Source: an uncultured Alphaproteobacteria bacterium
Lineage (GTDB): Bacteria; Pseudomonadota; Alphaproteobacteria; Rhizobiales; Xanthobacteraceae
Assembly (NCBI GenBank): GCA_963711955.1
Contig: CAVQGC010000001.1
Coordinates: 41,203 to 105,202 of the forward strand
Direction: 5' to 3'
DNA length: 64,000 nucleotides
The notes below the pieces were generated by a model. It was not told the origin of the DNA and did not search any database. It worked only from the letters and a program-made list of their open reading frames with translations. Positions 39,775 through 51,580 of the stretch are shown here, in pieces. The position numbers and the translations under genes are program-made. Positions within the stretch are counted from its first letter, which is position 1, and the number at the start of each line of letters is the position of its first letter.

Positions 39775-41127
39775 ATGAACCTTCATTCCCTCCTTCTCGA
39801 ACGCGAAGCGGCGAGCAAACCCGTCACCGTCGGCCTGATTGGTGCAGGCAAGTTCGGCACCATGTTCCTGTCGCAGGCGCGGCTGACGCGCGGCATGCAC
39901 GTCGTGGCGGTCGCCGATCTCAACGTCGAGCGTGCCAGAAGCCAACTGGCGTCCGCCGGTTGGCCGGCTGCACAGGTGGCGGCGTCGTCGCTGGGCGATG
40001 CCCTGAAAAATCGCACCACGCACGTCACTGCCGACGCGCAGGCGGTCATCGCGCATCCCGGCATCGAGGTGATCGTCGAGGCGACCGGCATTCCCGAGGC
40101 CGGGATCGTGCACGCCCTGAAAGCCATCGAGCACGGCAAGCACATCGTCATGGTCAACGTCGAGGCCGATGCGCTGGCCGGTCCGCTGCTCGCGCGCAAG
40201 GCGAAGGCGGCGGGCGTGGTGTACAGCCTGGCGTGGGGCGACCAGCCGGCGCTGATCTGCGAGCACGTCGATTGGGCGCGCGCCTGCGGCTTCAAGGTCG
40301 TCGCGGCGGGCAAGGGCACCCGCTACGAGCCGCACTATCACCAATCGAACCCTGACAATGTCTGGGACATCCTCGACAAGTATCTGAACATCACCGACCG
40401 CAAGTCGATCAATCCCAAGATGTTCAACTCGTTCGTCGACGGCACCAAGTCCGGCATCGAGATGACGGCGGTGTGCAACGCCACCGGCCTCGTGCCGCAA
40501 AGCGATGGCCTAAGCTTTCCGCCGGCGACGCGTTTCGAGCTCGCCGAGGTGTGCAAGCCGAGGAGCGCGGGCGGCGTGCTGGAGGGCGAGGGCGTCACCG
40601 AGGTCACCTCGTCGGTCTATCGCGACGGCCGCGACGTGCCGCATCACCTCGCGCTCGGCACCTACGTGGTGATCGAGGGCGAGACCGAATACGCGCGGCG
40701 CTGTTTCAAGGAATACGCCATGCTGCCGGACAGCAGCGGGCGCTACGCCGCCCTATACCGGCCGATCCACATGATCGGGCTGGAGCTCGGCATCTCGGTC
40801 GCCAGCGCCGCGCTGCGCAAGGAGCCGACCGGCGGGCCCACCGGCTTCCGCTCCGATGTTGCGGCCACCGCCAAGCGCGACCTCAAGAAAGGCGAGATGC
40901 TGGACGGCGAGGGCGGCTTTTGCGTGTGGGGCAAGCAGACGCCGGCCGCGCGCTCGCTGGATGAAGGCTTTCTGCCGCTGGGTCTCGCGCAGAACGTCAA
41001 GCTCAAGCGCGACGTCAAAATCGGCGAGTGCTTGAAATGGAGCGACGTCGCGTTCGACCCCAACGACACCGCGGTCAAGGTACGCCGCGAGATGGAGGCC
41101 GCGTTCGCGCGGCCGAATGCTGCCTGA
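39775..41127 (+). CDS. Homoserine-dehydrogenase-like NAD(P)-dependent oxidoreductase with C-terminal SAF domain (COG4091)
   Basis: GAGKFG, VNVEAD, GDQP, DGTKS, AKRDLKKGE.LDGEGG. Confidence 0.88.
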   Translation: MNLHSLLLEREAASKPVTVGLIGAGKFGTMFLSQARLTRGMHVVAVADLNVERARSQLASAGWPAAQVAASSLGDALKNRTTHVTADAQAVIAHPGIEVIVEATGIPEAGIVHALKAIEHGKHIVMVNVEADALAGPLLARKAKAAGVVYSLAWGDQPALICEHVDWARACGFKVVAAGKGTRYEPHYHQSNPDNVWDILDKYLNITDRKSINPKMFNSFVDGTKSGIEMTAVCNATGLVPQSDGLSFPPATRFELAEVCKPRSAGGVLEGEGVTEVTSSVYRDGRDVPHHLALGTYVVIEGETEYARRCFKEYAMLPDSSGRYAALYRPIHMIGLELGISVASAALRKEPTGGPTGFRSDVAATAKRDLKKGEMLDGEGGFCVWGKQTPAARSLDEGFLPLGLAQNVKLKRDVKIGECLKWSDVAFDPNDTAVKVRREMEAAFARPNAA

Positions 41128-41138
41128 AGCTGAGGAAG

Positions 41139-41166
41139 TTGACCCGCCGCGCGCCCCGACTATGAT
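41139..41166 (+). promoter_or_regulatory. sigma70 promoter of tRNA-Leu (TTGACC-16-TATGAT)
   Basis: Near-consensus hexamers ending 10 nt before the tRNA, GC-rich discriminator. Confidence 0.6.
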
Positions 41167-41176
41167 CCGCGCCGGA

Positions 41177-41261
41177 GCCCCTGTGGCGGAATTGGTAGAC
41201 GCGCCTGACTCAAAATCAGGTACCGCAAGGTGTGCTGGTTCGAGTCCGGCCAGGGGCACCA
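41177..41261 (+). tRNA. tRNA-Leu(CAA)
   Basis: GCCCCTG/CAGGGGC acceptor stem, anticodon arm CCTGA-CTCAAAA-TCAGG, long variable arm, GTTCGAG T-loop, encoded CCA. Confidence 0.97.
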
Positions 41262-41308
41262 CACCCACGCGCAATTCGGCCAAGATCGTGCCGCAACGCT
41301 GGTAGCGC

Positions 41309-41890
41309 ATGAGCCACACTGTCTCTCGACCGCATCCGCTCCGAGCCGATCGTGTCGGCTGCCGTGGCGATCGCGGTGATCGGTCTCGCCACCATCCTCG
41401 GCGCCTATTTCTTCCAGTACGGGCTCGGCTACCGCCCGTGCCCGCTCTGCCTGGAGCAGCGCTACGCTTATTATGTCGCGATCCCGCTGGCGGCGCATGG
41501 TGCTGCTCGGCGTATCGGTCGGCTCGTCGCGCAAGGTGATGCTGCTCGCGTTCCTCGCCATCGCCGTCGCGATGCTCTGGAACACCGGCCTTGGCGCCTA
41601 TCACTCCGGCGTCGAATGGCAATGGTGGGAAGGTCCGAAGGACTGCTCGGGACCCGTTGCCAACTTCGGCCCGGCCGGCGGGCTGCGTCGACCTGATCCA
41701 GAACACCCGCGTGATCCGTTGCGACGAAGCGGCGTGGCGTTTCCTCGGCCTGTCGTTGGCCGGCTACAACGTGCTGATCTCGCTGGCGCTCGCCGCGATC
41801 GCGGCGTGGGGCGCGCTCGGCGCGTATCGCAGTCTGGAAGGCAGCGGGCGAATAGCGCCGTCCTACGGATCCAGCTCGGTATCCCAGTAG
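41309..41890 (+). CDS. dsbB: Disulfide bond formation protein B family (frameshifted)
   Basis: PCPLCLEQR, YHSGVEW.WW.GP..CS, RCDEAAW.FLGLSLAGYN. Confidence 0.85.
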
Positions 41891-42419
41891 AGATAGTCCA
41901 GCCAGCTGTCGTGCAGATAGTTCGGCGGGAACAGCCGGCCGTTGCGGTGCAGGTGCTGCACGCTCGGCTGGAACGGCATCTGCGACGGGAACATCCGCGC
42001 TTCTTTGGTCGTCATGCTGCCCTTGCGCAGATTGCAGTCCGAGCAGGCGGCGACCACGTTGCTCCAGGTCGTCATGCCGCCGCGCGAGCGCGGCAGCAGA
42101 TGGTCGAAGGTGAGGTCGTCGCGCGAGCCGCAGTACTGGCAGGAGAAGCGGTCGCGCAGGAACACGTTGAACCGGGTGAAGGCCGGATGCGTGGAAGGCT
42201 TCACGAAGGTCTTGAGCGAGACCACGCTCGGCAGCTTCATCTCCAGGCTCGGGCGTGCACCGCCTGGTCGTACTCCTCGACGATATTCACCCGTTCGAGG
42301 AAAACCGCCTTGATCGCGTCCTGCCACGACCACAGCGACAGCGGGTAGTAGCTCAGCGGCCGGAAGTCTGCATTGAGCACCAGAGCCGGAAAGCCGCCGG
42401 TAAATCCATGCGCAGTCAA
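41863..42419 (-). CDS. HNH endonuclease (McrA-like); frameshift near 42255
   Basis: LVLNADFRPLS, RDRFSCQYCG, TFDH..PRSRGG..W.NVVAAC..CN; TTG start with GGAGG RBS. Confidence 0.88.
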
Positions 42420-42568
42420 ATGAGGCTCCTCCACAAGCCTTTCGCCGCGCCTGCCAGCGGCGACTGGCGATTATTCTAACGGAAGCGCGACAGGAATGTG
42501 AAGCGATCGGAAATGCCTTAGCTGTGAGCGAATCAGCCCGGTGGGCGCTGCCACAATTTCGGAGTTCG

Positions 42569-43244
42569 TCAGCCGCGCAGGCCGAATCGCCGGGCCAGGA
42601 ATTCGCCGCCATGGCGCAGGCCCTCCTGGTCGATGCCGTGGCCGACGCCCGGCGAGATATGCCATTCCACCGGCACTTCGAGCGCGGCCAGCGCCTGCGC
42701 TCCCATCAGCAGCGCCTGCACGGGGATCAGCTCGTCCTGATCGCCGTGGATCAGCAGCACCGGCGGCTTGGACTTGATGTCGCCGGCGACCGCGTCCGGC
42801 GCCGCCTTGTCCGGCAGCACGAAGATGCCGGAATAGCCGACGATCGCGGCGGGCGGCGGCGTCGGCGCAGCCCGGCATGCAGCGCCATCATGGTGCCCTG
42901 GCTGAAGCCGACCAGCGCCAGCGCCGAGGGCGGCAGCTTGCGGCGGGCGAGCTCGGCGTCGAGGAATTGGTCGAGCGCCGGGGCCGCGGCGTTGACAGCC
43001 GATCCAGCGCTCGTCCGGATTGCGGAAGGTCAGCGGAAACCACTCGCGGCCCATGCGGCGCCTGTCCGCAGGGGTGCGGCGCGTGCGGCGAGACGAACGC
43101 GGTGTCCGGCAGCAGGCCCTGCCAGGCGCGGCCGATCTCGATCAGGTCGTTGCCGTCGGCGCCATAGCCGTGCAGGAACACCACCAGCCGCTTGGCCTGT
43201 CCGCCGCGCGGCTCGAGCCGCGGGCCGTTGAGTTCAGCGGCCAT
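42569..43244 (-). CDS. Phospholipase/carboxylesterase alpha/beta hydrolase (frameshifted)
   Basis: FLHGYGADG.DL, GFSQG, LIHGDQD, GHGID. Confidence 0.85.
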
Positions 43245-43265
43245 TCGCCTTCGCCTTCTTCTTTT

Positions 43266-43946
43266 TCACGGGAGCTTGTTGTCACCACAACGGTCGGCTG
43301 GCGTCACCGGCGCGCCTTCGCGCCGCTTCACCGCGTGATAGTAGGCCCAGAACAGATGCGCGGCCACCCCGCGCCACGGCCGCCACGGCTCGGCGAGCTT
43401 GATCAATCCTTGGCGTCCGGCCGCTTCCGCAGATTGAACGCGATGCGCGCCGCCTCCTGCATCGCAAGGTCGCCGGCCGGCCAGGCGTCGGCGTTGCCAA
43501 GGCAGAACAGCAGATAGATGTCGGCGGTCCACGGTCCGATGCCGTGCAGCGCGGTCAGCGCCGCGTGCGCCTGATCGGCCTCCATGCGGCCGACCGCGTC
43601 GAGATCGATCTGGCCTTTGGCGATCGCGGTGCCGATCGCTTTCAGCGTCTTGATCTTGGGCCGCGACAGGCCGAGCCGCGCCAGCCGGTCGGCGCGCGAG
43701 CGCCGCAACGCGTCGTGATGGAAGGGATCGAACGCCGCCGCCACGCGGCCCCAGATCGCGGCCGCGCTGGCGGTCGAGAGCTGCTGGCCGCAGACGATGC
43801 GGCACAGCCCCTCGAAGCCGGCATCGCGGCGCCGCAAGCGCCGGCATGCCGGCCTTCTCCAGCACGGGGACAAGCCGCGGATCCTGCGCGACCAGCGCCG
43901 CCATGCCGGCGGCGAGATCGGCTTCGGTGTGAATGAAGGAAGTCAT
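43266..43946 (-). CDS. alkA: DNA-3-methyladenine glycosylase II (HhH-GPD), frameshifted
   Basis: GQQLS..SA.AIW, L.ALHGIGPWTA.IYL.F, WPAGDLA, W.PWR. Confidence 0.85.
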   Translation of the reverse strand: MTSFIHTEADLAAGMAALVAQDPRLVPVLEKAGMPALAAPRCRLRGAVPHRLRPAALDRQRGRDLGPRGGGVRSLPSRRVAALARRPAGAARPVAAQDQDAESDRHRDRQRPDRSRRGRPHGGRSGARGADRAARHRTVDRRHLSAVLPWQRRRLAGRRPCDAGGGAHRVQSAEAAGRQGLIKLAEPWRPWRGVAAHLFWAYYHAVKRREGAPVTPADRCGDNKLP

Positions 43947-44062
43947 GCGACTTTCGTTTTGGCCGGAATTGACCCGCCTGCGGGCCAAAGCTTGTAGGTT
44001 GGGTTACCGTTCGATGCGCTTCGGCGGGCGAAGGCCCGACCGTCCATCTAGCCTTGGTCTGA

Positions 44063-44985
44063 ATGCTGTCAGAAGATGGACCTGCGGGTCAAGCCCGCGG
44101 GCGACGGTCATCAGCGTTTTCCGCTTTCGCGCCGAGCCCGAACGGCTATCTGCATCTCGGCCATGCGCTGTCGGCGCTGCTGAATTTCGACATGGCGCGG
44201 CGGCGGGCGGCCGCCTGCTGCTGCGGATCGAGGACATCGACGCGGACGCGCTGCCGGCCGGAGTACGAGGCGGCGATCTACGAGGACCTCGCCTGGCTCG
44301 GCGTCGAATGGGAGGAGCCGGTGCGCCGGCAGTCCGAGCATTTCGACGAATACCGCAAGGCGCTGCGCGAGCTCGAAGCGCGGCGGCTGACCTTTCCGAG
44401 CTTCGAGAGCCGCTCCGATCTGACGCGGATGGTCAGCGACCGCGAGTCGCACGCGCGCTGGCCGCGCGATCCGGACGGCGTGCCGCTCTATCCCGGCACG
44501 GCGCGCGTGATGGCGGAAGCCGAACGGGAGGCGCGGCTCGCGCAGGGCGAGCCCTACGCCATCCGCCTCGACATGAGTTCCGCGATGGAATGGGCGGGCC
44601 GGCTGCGCTGGAGCGAAGACGGGCACCGGCCCAGGCGGCGAAACCGGCGAGATCGCAGCCGATCCCGCGGCGTGGGGCGACGTCATCCTCGGCCGCAAGG
44701 ACACGCCGACCAGCTATCATCTTTCCGTCGTGGTCGACGACGCGCTGCAAGGCGTCACCCATGTGGTGCGCGGCCAGGATCTGTTCTGGTCGACCAGCGT
44801 GCACCGGCTGCTGCAGGAGCTGCTGGGCCTTGCCGCCGCCGGTGTATCACCATCACCGGCTGATCCTCGACGCCGAAGGCCGCAAGCTCGCCAAATCGAC
44901 GCAGTCCACCGGCCTGCGCGAACTGCGCGCCGCAGGGCATGACGCCGCGACGATATCCGCCGGCTGGTTGGGCTTGCCGAGCTAG
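44063..44985 (+). CDS. gluQ: tRNA glutamyl-Q(34) synthetase (frameshifted; start uncertain)
   Basis: [47 protein letters not shown]; no anticodon-binding domain. Confidence 0.85.
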
Positions 44986-45037
44986 CGGCACGATCTGCGC
45001 CGTGGCAGGGTGATCCAGGGGCGCGGGCGGGGGTCCG

Positions 45038-46266
45038 GTGCCGAAACGGCGGAAGAAAAAGTCGACCAAGACGCGCCGGGCCAGACGCCGCGACGGCGCA
45101 CGCGCGCGCCTGCGCGCAAGCCGCGCGCGCACCGGCGCCACCGGGCTCGCGCTCGCCGGTCTCGCCCACGACATCCGCACGCCGCTGACCGGCATGCTGG
45201 CGCTTGTCCGAGCTGTTGCTCGCCTCCGATCTGCCGGAGCGCGAGCGGCGCTGGGCCGCGGCGATCAAGGATGCCGCCGGCCATCTGGCGCGGCTGACCA
45301 CGCTGGTGGTCGACGCCGCGAAGGCCGGCAGCGGCAGGCTGATCCTGCAACCCGAGCCGTTCGCGCTGCGCGATTTCGTCGATGCGGTCGCGCAATCGCT
45401 CAGGGCGCGCGCCGAAGGCAAGTCGCTCGGCGTCGAGATCTCCATCGCGGACGAGCTGCCGGCCCGCGTCAGCGCCGATGCGGTGCGGCTGCGCAGCGCG
45501 CTGGAGAACCTGATCGACAACGCGGTGAAGTTCACCGAGCGCGGCAGGGTATCGTTCGCCGTTGATGGTGGCAGCCGGCGGCGCGCGGCGGTTGCGGCTG
45601 ACATTCACGGTGGCCGACACCGGCATCGGCATCGTCGCCGCCGATCTGAAGCGGCTGTTCCGGCCGTTCGTCCCAGGCCAATGAAGGCGTGGCGCAGCGG
45701 TTCGGCGGCTCGGGCCTCGGCCTGTCATTCGCCAGGCGCATCGCGGCGGTCGATGGGCGGCGTCGTTGACGGTGAAAAGCAGACCGGGGCGCGGCAGCAC
45801 GTTCCAGCTCGTTGTCCTGGTCGATCCGGCGCCCGCCCGAAAAGAGCTGGCGAACGCGAGACGATGGAGTGCCGCTCACGGGGCTTCGCGTGCTTTGCGT
45901 CGAGGACAATCCCTACGGCCGCGTCGTGCTCAACACCGTGCTGGGCGAGCTCGGCCACAGGTCTGCGTTCGCCGAAAGCGGCGAGTCGGCGGTCGCGGCG
46001 GTCGCGCGCGGCGGCTACGACGTCGTGCTGATGGACGTCGCGCTGCCCGGCATCGACGGGTTCGAGACCGCGCGCCGCATTCGCGCGCTGCCCGGGCCGC
46101 GCAGCGCCATGCCGATCATCGGCGTATCGGGCCGCGCGGGCGAGGAAGACGAGGCGGCGGCATGGGACGCCGGCATGAGCAGCTATCTGCGCAAGCCGGC
46201 GAGCCCGGCGACTCTCAACGCGGCGCTGGCGGCCGTCGCGGTCGCTGAAGCGGAGACGATGAGTGA
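45038..46266 (+). CDS. Hybrid sensor histidine kinase / receiver (frameshifted; ends approximate)
   Basis: AHDIRTPLTG, NLIDNAVKFT, DTGIG, G.GLGL; receiver VEDN..VLMD..KP. Confidence 0.82.
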
Positions 46267-46912
46267 TGGTCGATCTGCGCCGGTTGATCGGCCTATGCAT
46301 GCGCGGTGTCGTCTTTTATGTTTCAGCCCAGCTTCGGCGCAGACGCCGGCCTACATTACCGCCAAGCCGGACGGCGTGGTCGCGCCTACGGCAACGCCGT
46401 AGCGCGCAAAATTTTCTCCGACGCCTACACGCCGGTGCGCCAGCAAGCCGTGCTGCGCTCGCAGAAGGCGATACCAGGCTTCGACTGTCCGGCCGACCCG
46501 CAGATCGCGCTGGCGGAGGTCATTCCGTATCCGGTGAAACAGGGCACGACGTCGTGGATCGAGCGTTACGTGGTCGGTTGCACGCCGCGCACCATGCGCA
46601 ACTTCCTGCTGGTGCTCGAAGGCGAGCGGCCGCGGATCGATCGAGCTGCTGCCTGGCAACACCAACACCGACCCGCTGCTGCAGAGCGACGCGCTGAAGG
46701 GCGGCTACACCGCGGTCGGCGCCGATGGCCCCGAAGGATTGCGACAAGGCGGTGCGTCACCGACACGCGGCTGACGTCACAAGATCGAGCGCGGCGCACC
46801 GTGGACGGAGCGATGGGTCTTCGACCTGTGCGGCACCAAGGCGGAGGTGGAAATGACGTTCACGCCATCCGCCGCCAGCGGGACGAGCTGGAGGGCGACG
46901 CTGATCAAATAG
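46266..46912 (+). CDS. Hypothetical exported protein (frameshifted)
   Basis: Coding-like GC3 pattern, signal-like N-terminus, LLPGNTNTDP.LQ.D and W.E.W.FDLCG segments. Confidence 0.55.
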
Positions 46913-46927
46913 CGAGGTCCTATCAGC

Positions 46928-46982
46928 CGTCATGCCCGGAGCCTTGATGCCGGGCTTCGGACGGCTATGCCCGGCCATGACG
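46928..46982. repeat. Degenerate REP-like element
   Basis: CGTCATGCCCGG...CCCGGCCATGACG; right arm matches the 1981 composite in reverse. Confidence 0.65.
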
Positions 46983-46988
46983 AAATTG

Positions 46989-47245
46989 TCAGGCGCGTTT
47001 GATCAGCCCGATGATCACCAGCAGGATCACCGCGCCGATGGTGGCATTGATGATCGAGGCAATCATGCCGCCGCCGATCACGATGCCGATCCGCGGCAGC
47101 AGCCAGCCGGCGATGAAGCGCGCCGACGATGCCGACTACGATGTTGCCGAGCAGCCCAAAGCCCAAGCCGCGCACGATCTGGCCGGCCAGCCAGCCCGCG
47201 ACCGCGCCGACGATCAGAATAATGAGGATTGCTTCAACAGCTCAT
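46989..47245 (-). CDS. GlsB/YeaQ/YmgE (transglycosylase-associated) membrane protein, frameshifted
   Basis: GAVAGWLAG.I..G.GFGLLGNIVVGIVGA...ATIGAVILL. Confidence 0.85.
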
Positions 47246-47363
47246 GACGCTCCCTTCCATGACGGGACGGTGCGTGCCGCCCCTGTTCAATGGCGCAAGC
47301 CTAACGCGGGAAAGCAAGCCTGTCAGGGGGGCAAGGACCGATTGGCCGTGATCGCAACAATCG

Positions 47364-49339
47364 TCAAACGTTGCTGGCGTTGTTCGCCCGTTCCACGATC
47401 CGCACCACATCGGACATGATGCGGTTGAGCTCGAAATCCTTCGGCGTGTAGACCGCGGCGACCCCGGCGTCTTCCAGCGCCTGCGCGTCCTCCGGCGGGA
47501 TGATGCCGCCCACCACCACCGGCACGTTGTTCATGTTCATGTCGATCATCCGGGCGACCACGTCCTTGACCAGGGAAACGTGCGAGCCGGACAGGATCGA
47601 CAGCCCGACCACGTGCGCCTTCTGCTGTTGCGCGCGGCGGCGACGATCTCCTCCGGAGTAAGCCGGATGCCCTCGTAGACCACCTGCATTCCGGCATCGC
47701 GGGCCCGGACCGCGATCTGCTCGGCGCCGTTGGAATGGCCGTCGAGGCCGGGTTTGCCGACCAAGAAGGTCAGACGACGGCCGAGTTTCCGGGATACTCG
47801 GTCGACGTCGGCCCGGAGGTCGTCGAGTCCTCGGACGTCGTTGCGCATTGCTCGGCCGACTCCGGTCGGCGCGCGGTACTCGCCGAACGCCTCGCGCAAC
47901 GTCCAGCCCCATTCGCCGGTGGTGACGCCAGCCTTGGCGCAGGCGATCGAGGCCGGCATGATGTTGCCTTGGCCCGCGGCGGCGCGCTTGAGGTCTTTCA
48001 GCGTGGCCTGCACCGCGGCGTTGTCGCGCGCATCGCGCCAGGCCTTGAGCCGCTCGATCTGATCGCGCTCGGCTTCCGCCGGGACCGTCATGATGGTGTC
48101 GATGCCGCCGGTCAGCGGCGACGGCTCGCTTTCGAGGAAGCTGTTGACGCCGACCACGATCTGCTCGCCGCGCTCGATCGCCTCGAGCCGCGCGGTGTTG
48201 GATTCGACCAGCCGCTGCTTCATGTAGCCGGTCTCGACCGCGGCGATCGCGCCGCCCATCTCCTCGATGCGCTTGAGCTCCTCTTTGGCCTCGGCTTTGA
48301 GCGCCTCGACCTTGTCGTCCATCACCTTGGAGCCGTCGAACAGGTCGCCGTATTCGAGCAGGTCGGTCTCGTAGGCCAGGATCTGCTGCATGCGCAGCGA
48401 CCATTGCTGGTCCCACGGCCGCGGCAGGCCGAGCGCCTCGTTCCACGCCGGCAACTGCACGGCGCGGGCGCGCGCCTTCTTCGACAGCGTCACCGCCAGC
48501 ATCTCGATCAGGATGCGCGTGACGTTGTTCTCGGGCTGCTGCTCGGTGAGGCCGAGCGAATTGACCTGCACGCCGTAGCGGAACAGCCGCTGCTTGGGAT
48601 CGGTGACGCCGTAGCGCTCGCGGGTGATCTCGTCCCACAGGTCGACGAACGCGCGCATCTTGCAGATTTCGGTGACGAAGCGCAGTCCCCGCGTTGACGA
48701 AGAACGAGATGCGGCCGACCACCTCGCCGAATTTCTCCTGGCTCGACCTCGCCCGACTTCTTCACCGTGTCGAGCACGGCAATCGCGGTGGCGAGCGCGA
48801 AGGCGAGCTCCTGCACCGGCGTCGCGCCCGCCTCCTGCAGGTGATACGAGCAGATGTTCATCGGATTCCACTTCGGCAGCTCGCCGGTCGAAAAGATCGC
48901 GATGTCCTTGATCAGCCGCATCGACGGCGCCGGCGGAAACACATAGGTGCCGCGCGACAGATACTCCTTGATGATGTCGTTCTGGATCGTGCCGGTCAGC
49001 GCCGAGCGCGGCGCGTCCTGCTCGTCGGCGACCGCGATATAGAGCGCCATCAGCCACGCCGCGGTGGCGTTGATGGTCATCGAGGTGTTCATCGACGCGA
49101 GCGGGATGCCGTCGAACAGCGCGCGCATGTCGCCGAGATGCGAGATCGGCACGCCGACCTTGCCGACCTCGCCGCGCGCCAGCACGTGGTCGGAGTCGTA
49201 GCCGGTCTGGGTCGGCAGATCGAACGCGACCGAAAGGCCGGTCTGGCCCTTGGCGAGGTTTTTCCGATAGAGCGCGTTCGAACTCGCGCGCCGTCGAATG
49301 GCCCGCGTAGGTGCGGAAAATCCAAGGCTTGTCGCGCAT
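47364..49339 (-). CDS. ecm: Ethylmalonyl-CoA mutase (MeaA), B12-dependent; several frameshifts
   Basis: [53 protein letters not shown]; divergent from ccr. Confidence 0.93.
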
Positions 49340-49389
49340 TTCAGACCGCCCGTTTCGCCGGTGCGTGGCCGCCGGATGACCCGGCATTT

Positions 49390-49480
49390 TGCAATGCAAA
49401 CAGCAGAATACGCCTTGGAAAACGCCTGTGCGTCAGGCCATATTTTACACCGCTGACATAATCTTGTTGCTCTGCAACAA
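49390..49480. promoter_or_regulatory. TGC-N3-GCA boxes (PhaR-like) in the ecm/ccr divergent intergenic region
   Basis: TGCAATGCA at 49390 and perfect inverted repeat TTGTTGC-TCT-GCAACAA at 49464-49480. Confidence 0.45.
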
Positions 49481-49546
49481 AGGCTGACGCACACTGTTTT
49501 GGCTGCGAAATTGACGTGATCAACCGCTGACCGGAGAGCGGACACC

Positions 49547-50826
49547 ATGGCCACAGTCACGCAGCTCAATCCGACCAAGTCGGCCGCCGTCAAAGATCTC
49601 TACGGCATCGGCGAAATCCCGCCGCTCGGCCATGTGCCCGAGAAGATGCACGCCTGGGCGATCCGCAAGGAGCGCCACGGCCCGCCGGAAACCTCCTTCC
49701 AGCTCGAAGTGGTGCCGACCTGGCCGGTCGGCGAGGACGAGGTGCTGGTCTACGTGATGGCGGCGGGCGTCAACTACAACGGCGTCTGGGCCGGGCTCGG
49801 CGTTCCGATCTCGCCGCTCGACGGCCACAAGCACCCGTTCCATATCGCCGGCTCCGACGCCGCCGGCGTGGTCTGGGCGATCGGCGCCAAGGTGCGGCGC
49901 TGGAAGGTCGGCGACGAGGTGATCGTCCACTGCAATCAGGACGACGGCGACGACGAGGACTGCAACGGCGGCGATCCGCTGCTGTCGCCCTCACAGCGCA
50001 TCTGGGGCTACGAGACGCCGGACGGCTCGTTCGCGCAGTTCTGCCGCGTGCAGTCGCGGCAGCTGATGCCGAAGCCCAAGCATCTGCCGTGGGAGGAGGC
50101 GGGCTGCTACACGCTGACGCTGGCCACCGCCTACCGCATGCTGTTCGGCCATGCGCCGCACATCCTCAAGCCCGGCGACTACGTGCTGGTGTGGGGCGGC
50201 TCCGGCGGGCTCGGCGTGTTCGGCGTGCAGCTCGCCGCCGCGGCCGGCGCCAAGGCGATCGGCGTCATCTCCGACCCTTCGAAGCGCGACTACGTGATGG
50301 ATCTCGGCGCCTATGGCGTCATCAATCGCAAGGATTTCAAGTGCTGGGGCCAGATGCCGACGGTGAATACGCCCGAGTACAACGAATGGGTGAAGGAGGC
50401 CCGCAAGTTCGGCAAGGCGATCTGGGACATCACCGGCAAGCGCGACGTCGACATCGTGTTCGAGCATCCGGGCGAGGCGACGTTCCCGGTGTCATGCCTG
50501 GTCGTGAAGCGCGGCGGCATGGTGGTGTTCTGCGCCGGCACCTCGGGCTACAACATCACGTTCGACGCGCGCTACGTCTGGATGCGGCAGAAGCGCATCC
50601 AGGGCTCGCATTTTGCTCACCTCAAACAAGCATCGGCCGCCAACCAGTTCGTGCTGGACCGGCGCATCTATCCCTGCATGAGCGAGGTGCTGCCTGGGAG
50701 GAAATCCCGAAGGCGCACACCATGATGTGGAAGAACCAGCACAAGCCCGGCAACATGGCGGTGCTGGTCAACGCGCCGAAGCCGGGATTGAAGAAGCTGG
50801 AGGATGTGGCTGAGTTAGGCGGCTGA
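49547..50826 (+). CDS. ccr: Crotonyl-CoA carboxylase/reductase (frameshift near 50690)
   Basis: [50 protein letters not shown]. Confidence 0.95.
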
Positions 50827-50831
50827 TCGGT

Positions 50832-50916
50832 TGTAGCCTGGATGGAGCGGAGCGACATCTGGGACCAATCCCGCCGCGGGCAAAGCCGGATTTCGCTTCG
50901 TTCAATCCGGGCTACG
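50832..50916. repeat. GTAG-type REP doublet
   Basis: GTAGCCTGGATGGAGCGGAGCG... and ...TTCGCTTCGTTCAATCCGGGCTAC. Confidence 0.75.
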
Positions 50917-51014
50917 CTTGCCTGATCAAAGCGGACACAGGCACAGGTCCCGACTCACGCAACAAGACGAGTCAGACACCTCTTAGTCCCGGGCCTTGCC
51001 GCATTCGGTGGTTT

Positions 51015-51392
51015 CTAACCTGCGCCAGCCAACACCGTCAGCTTGACCGGGGCGAGGCCGGAAAATCCAATCGCCCGCGCTCCTGCTGGTGTTAGGTCGA
51101 CTATGCGCCCCCGTATGAACGGGCCCCGATCCGAGATGCGCACAACGACCTGCTTGCCGTTTCGTAGGTTCATGATGCTGACCCGAGTCCCGAATGGAAG
51201 CGTCCGGTGAGCGGCAGTCAAAGCGCCGGGGTTCATCCGCTCGCCGCTGGCCGTCTTACGCCCAGCGTAGCCGTCACCGTTTCCATACACCGATGCAATT
51301 CCAGTCTGTGGCGCAGCCAAAAGCTGCGAAGAAAATGAAATCGTGGCAGTAAGAATTAAAGCTCCAAAGCCAAACGTTTTCCGAACCTGCAT
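51015..51392 (-). CDS. rlpA: RlpA-like (DPBB) lytic transglycosylase
   Basis: GIASVY, TASGE, TAAHRTLPFGT, DRGPF..GRIVDL. Confidence 0.9.
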   Translation of the reverse strand: MQVRKTFGFGALILTATISFSSQLLAAPQTGIASVYGNGDGYAGRKTASGERMNPGALTAAHRTLPFGTRVSIMNLRNGKQVVVRISDRGPFIRGRIVDLTPAGARAIGFSGLAPVKLTVLAGAG

Positions 51393-51580
51393 TCTACGGC
51401 CTCATGTGTTGTTGAGATTGGATCAACTGCGAGTCGCAGCTGAAGAGAGGCCGTTTCGCTTCACAGTGTGTTCATTATGCGACGCAGCAATGGTGATGTT
51501 TAGGCGGCTGGTAAATCGTACGGTGTGTGAGGCCGCGCGGTTTTGGTAGTTGGAGGCGTTAGGTGAGCAAAGGCTTGGCG

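Noticed and set aside
38053-40500. 815-aa minus-strand ORF and other long antisense ORFs (e.g. 3997..5475, 23282..25042, 17880..19628)
   Set aside because: Shadow frames of GC-rich genes; only the embedded permease or CoA-transferase portions are real.
41177-42419. tRNA-Leu next to an HNH nuclease as an integrative-element or defence-island boundary
   Set aside because: No integrase and no duplicated tRNA 3' end; the dsbB-HNH-esterase-alkA-gluQ run has host-like codon usage and looks like core genome.
47364-50826. Programmed frameshifting or true pseudogenisation of ecm/ccr
   Set aside because: Shifts are scattered without slippery-site patterns and affect genes throughout the window, which fits sequencing error.
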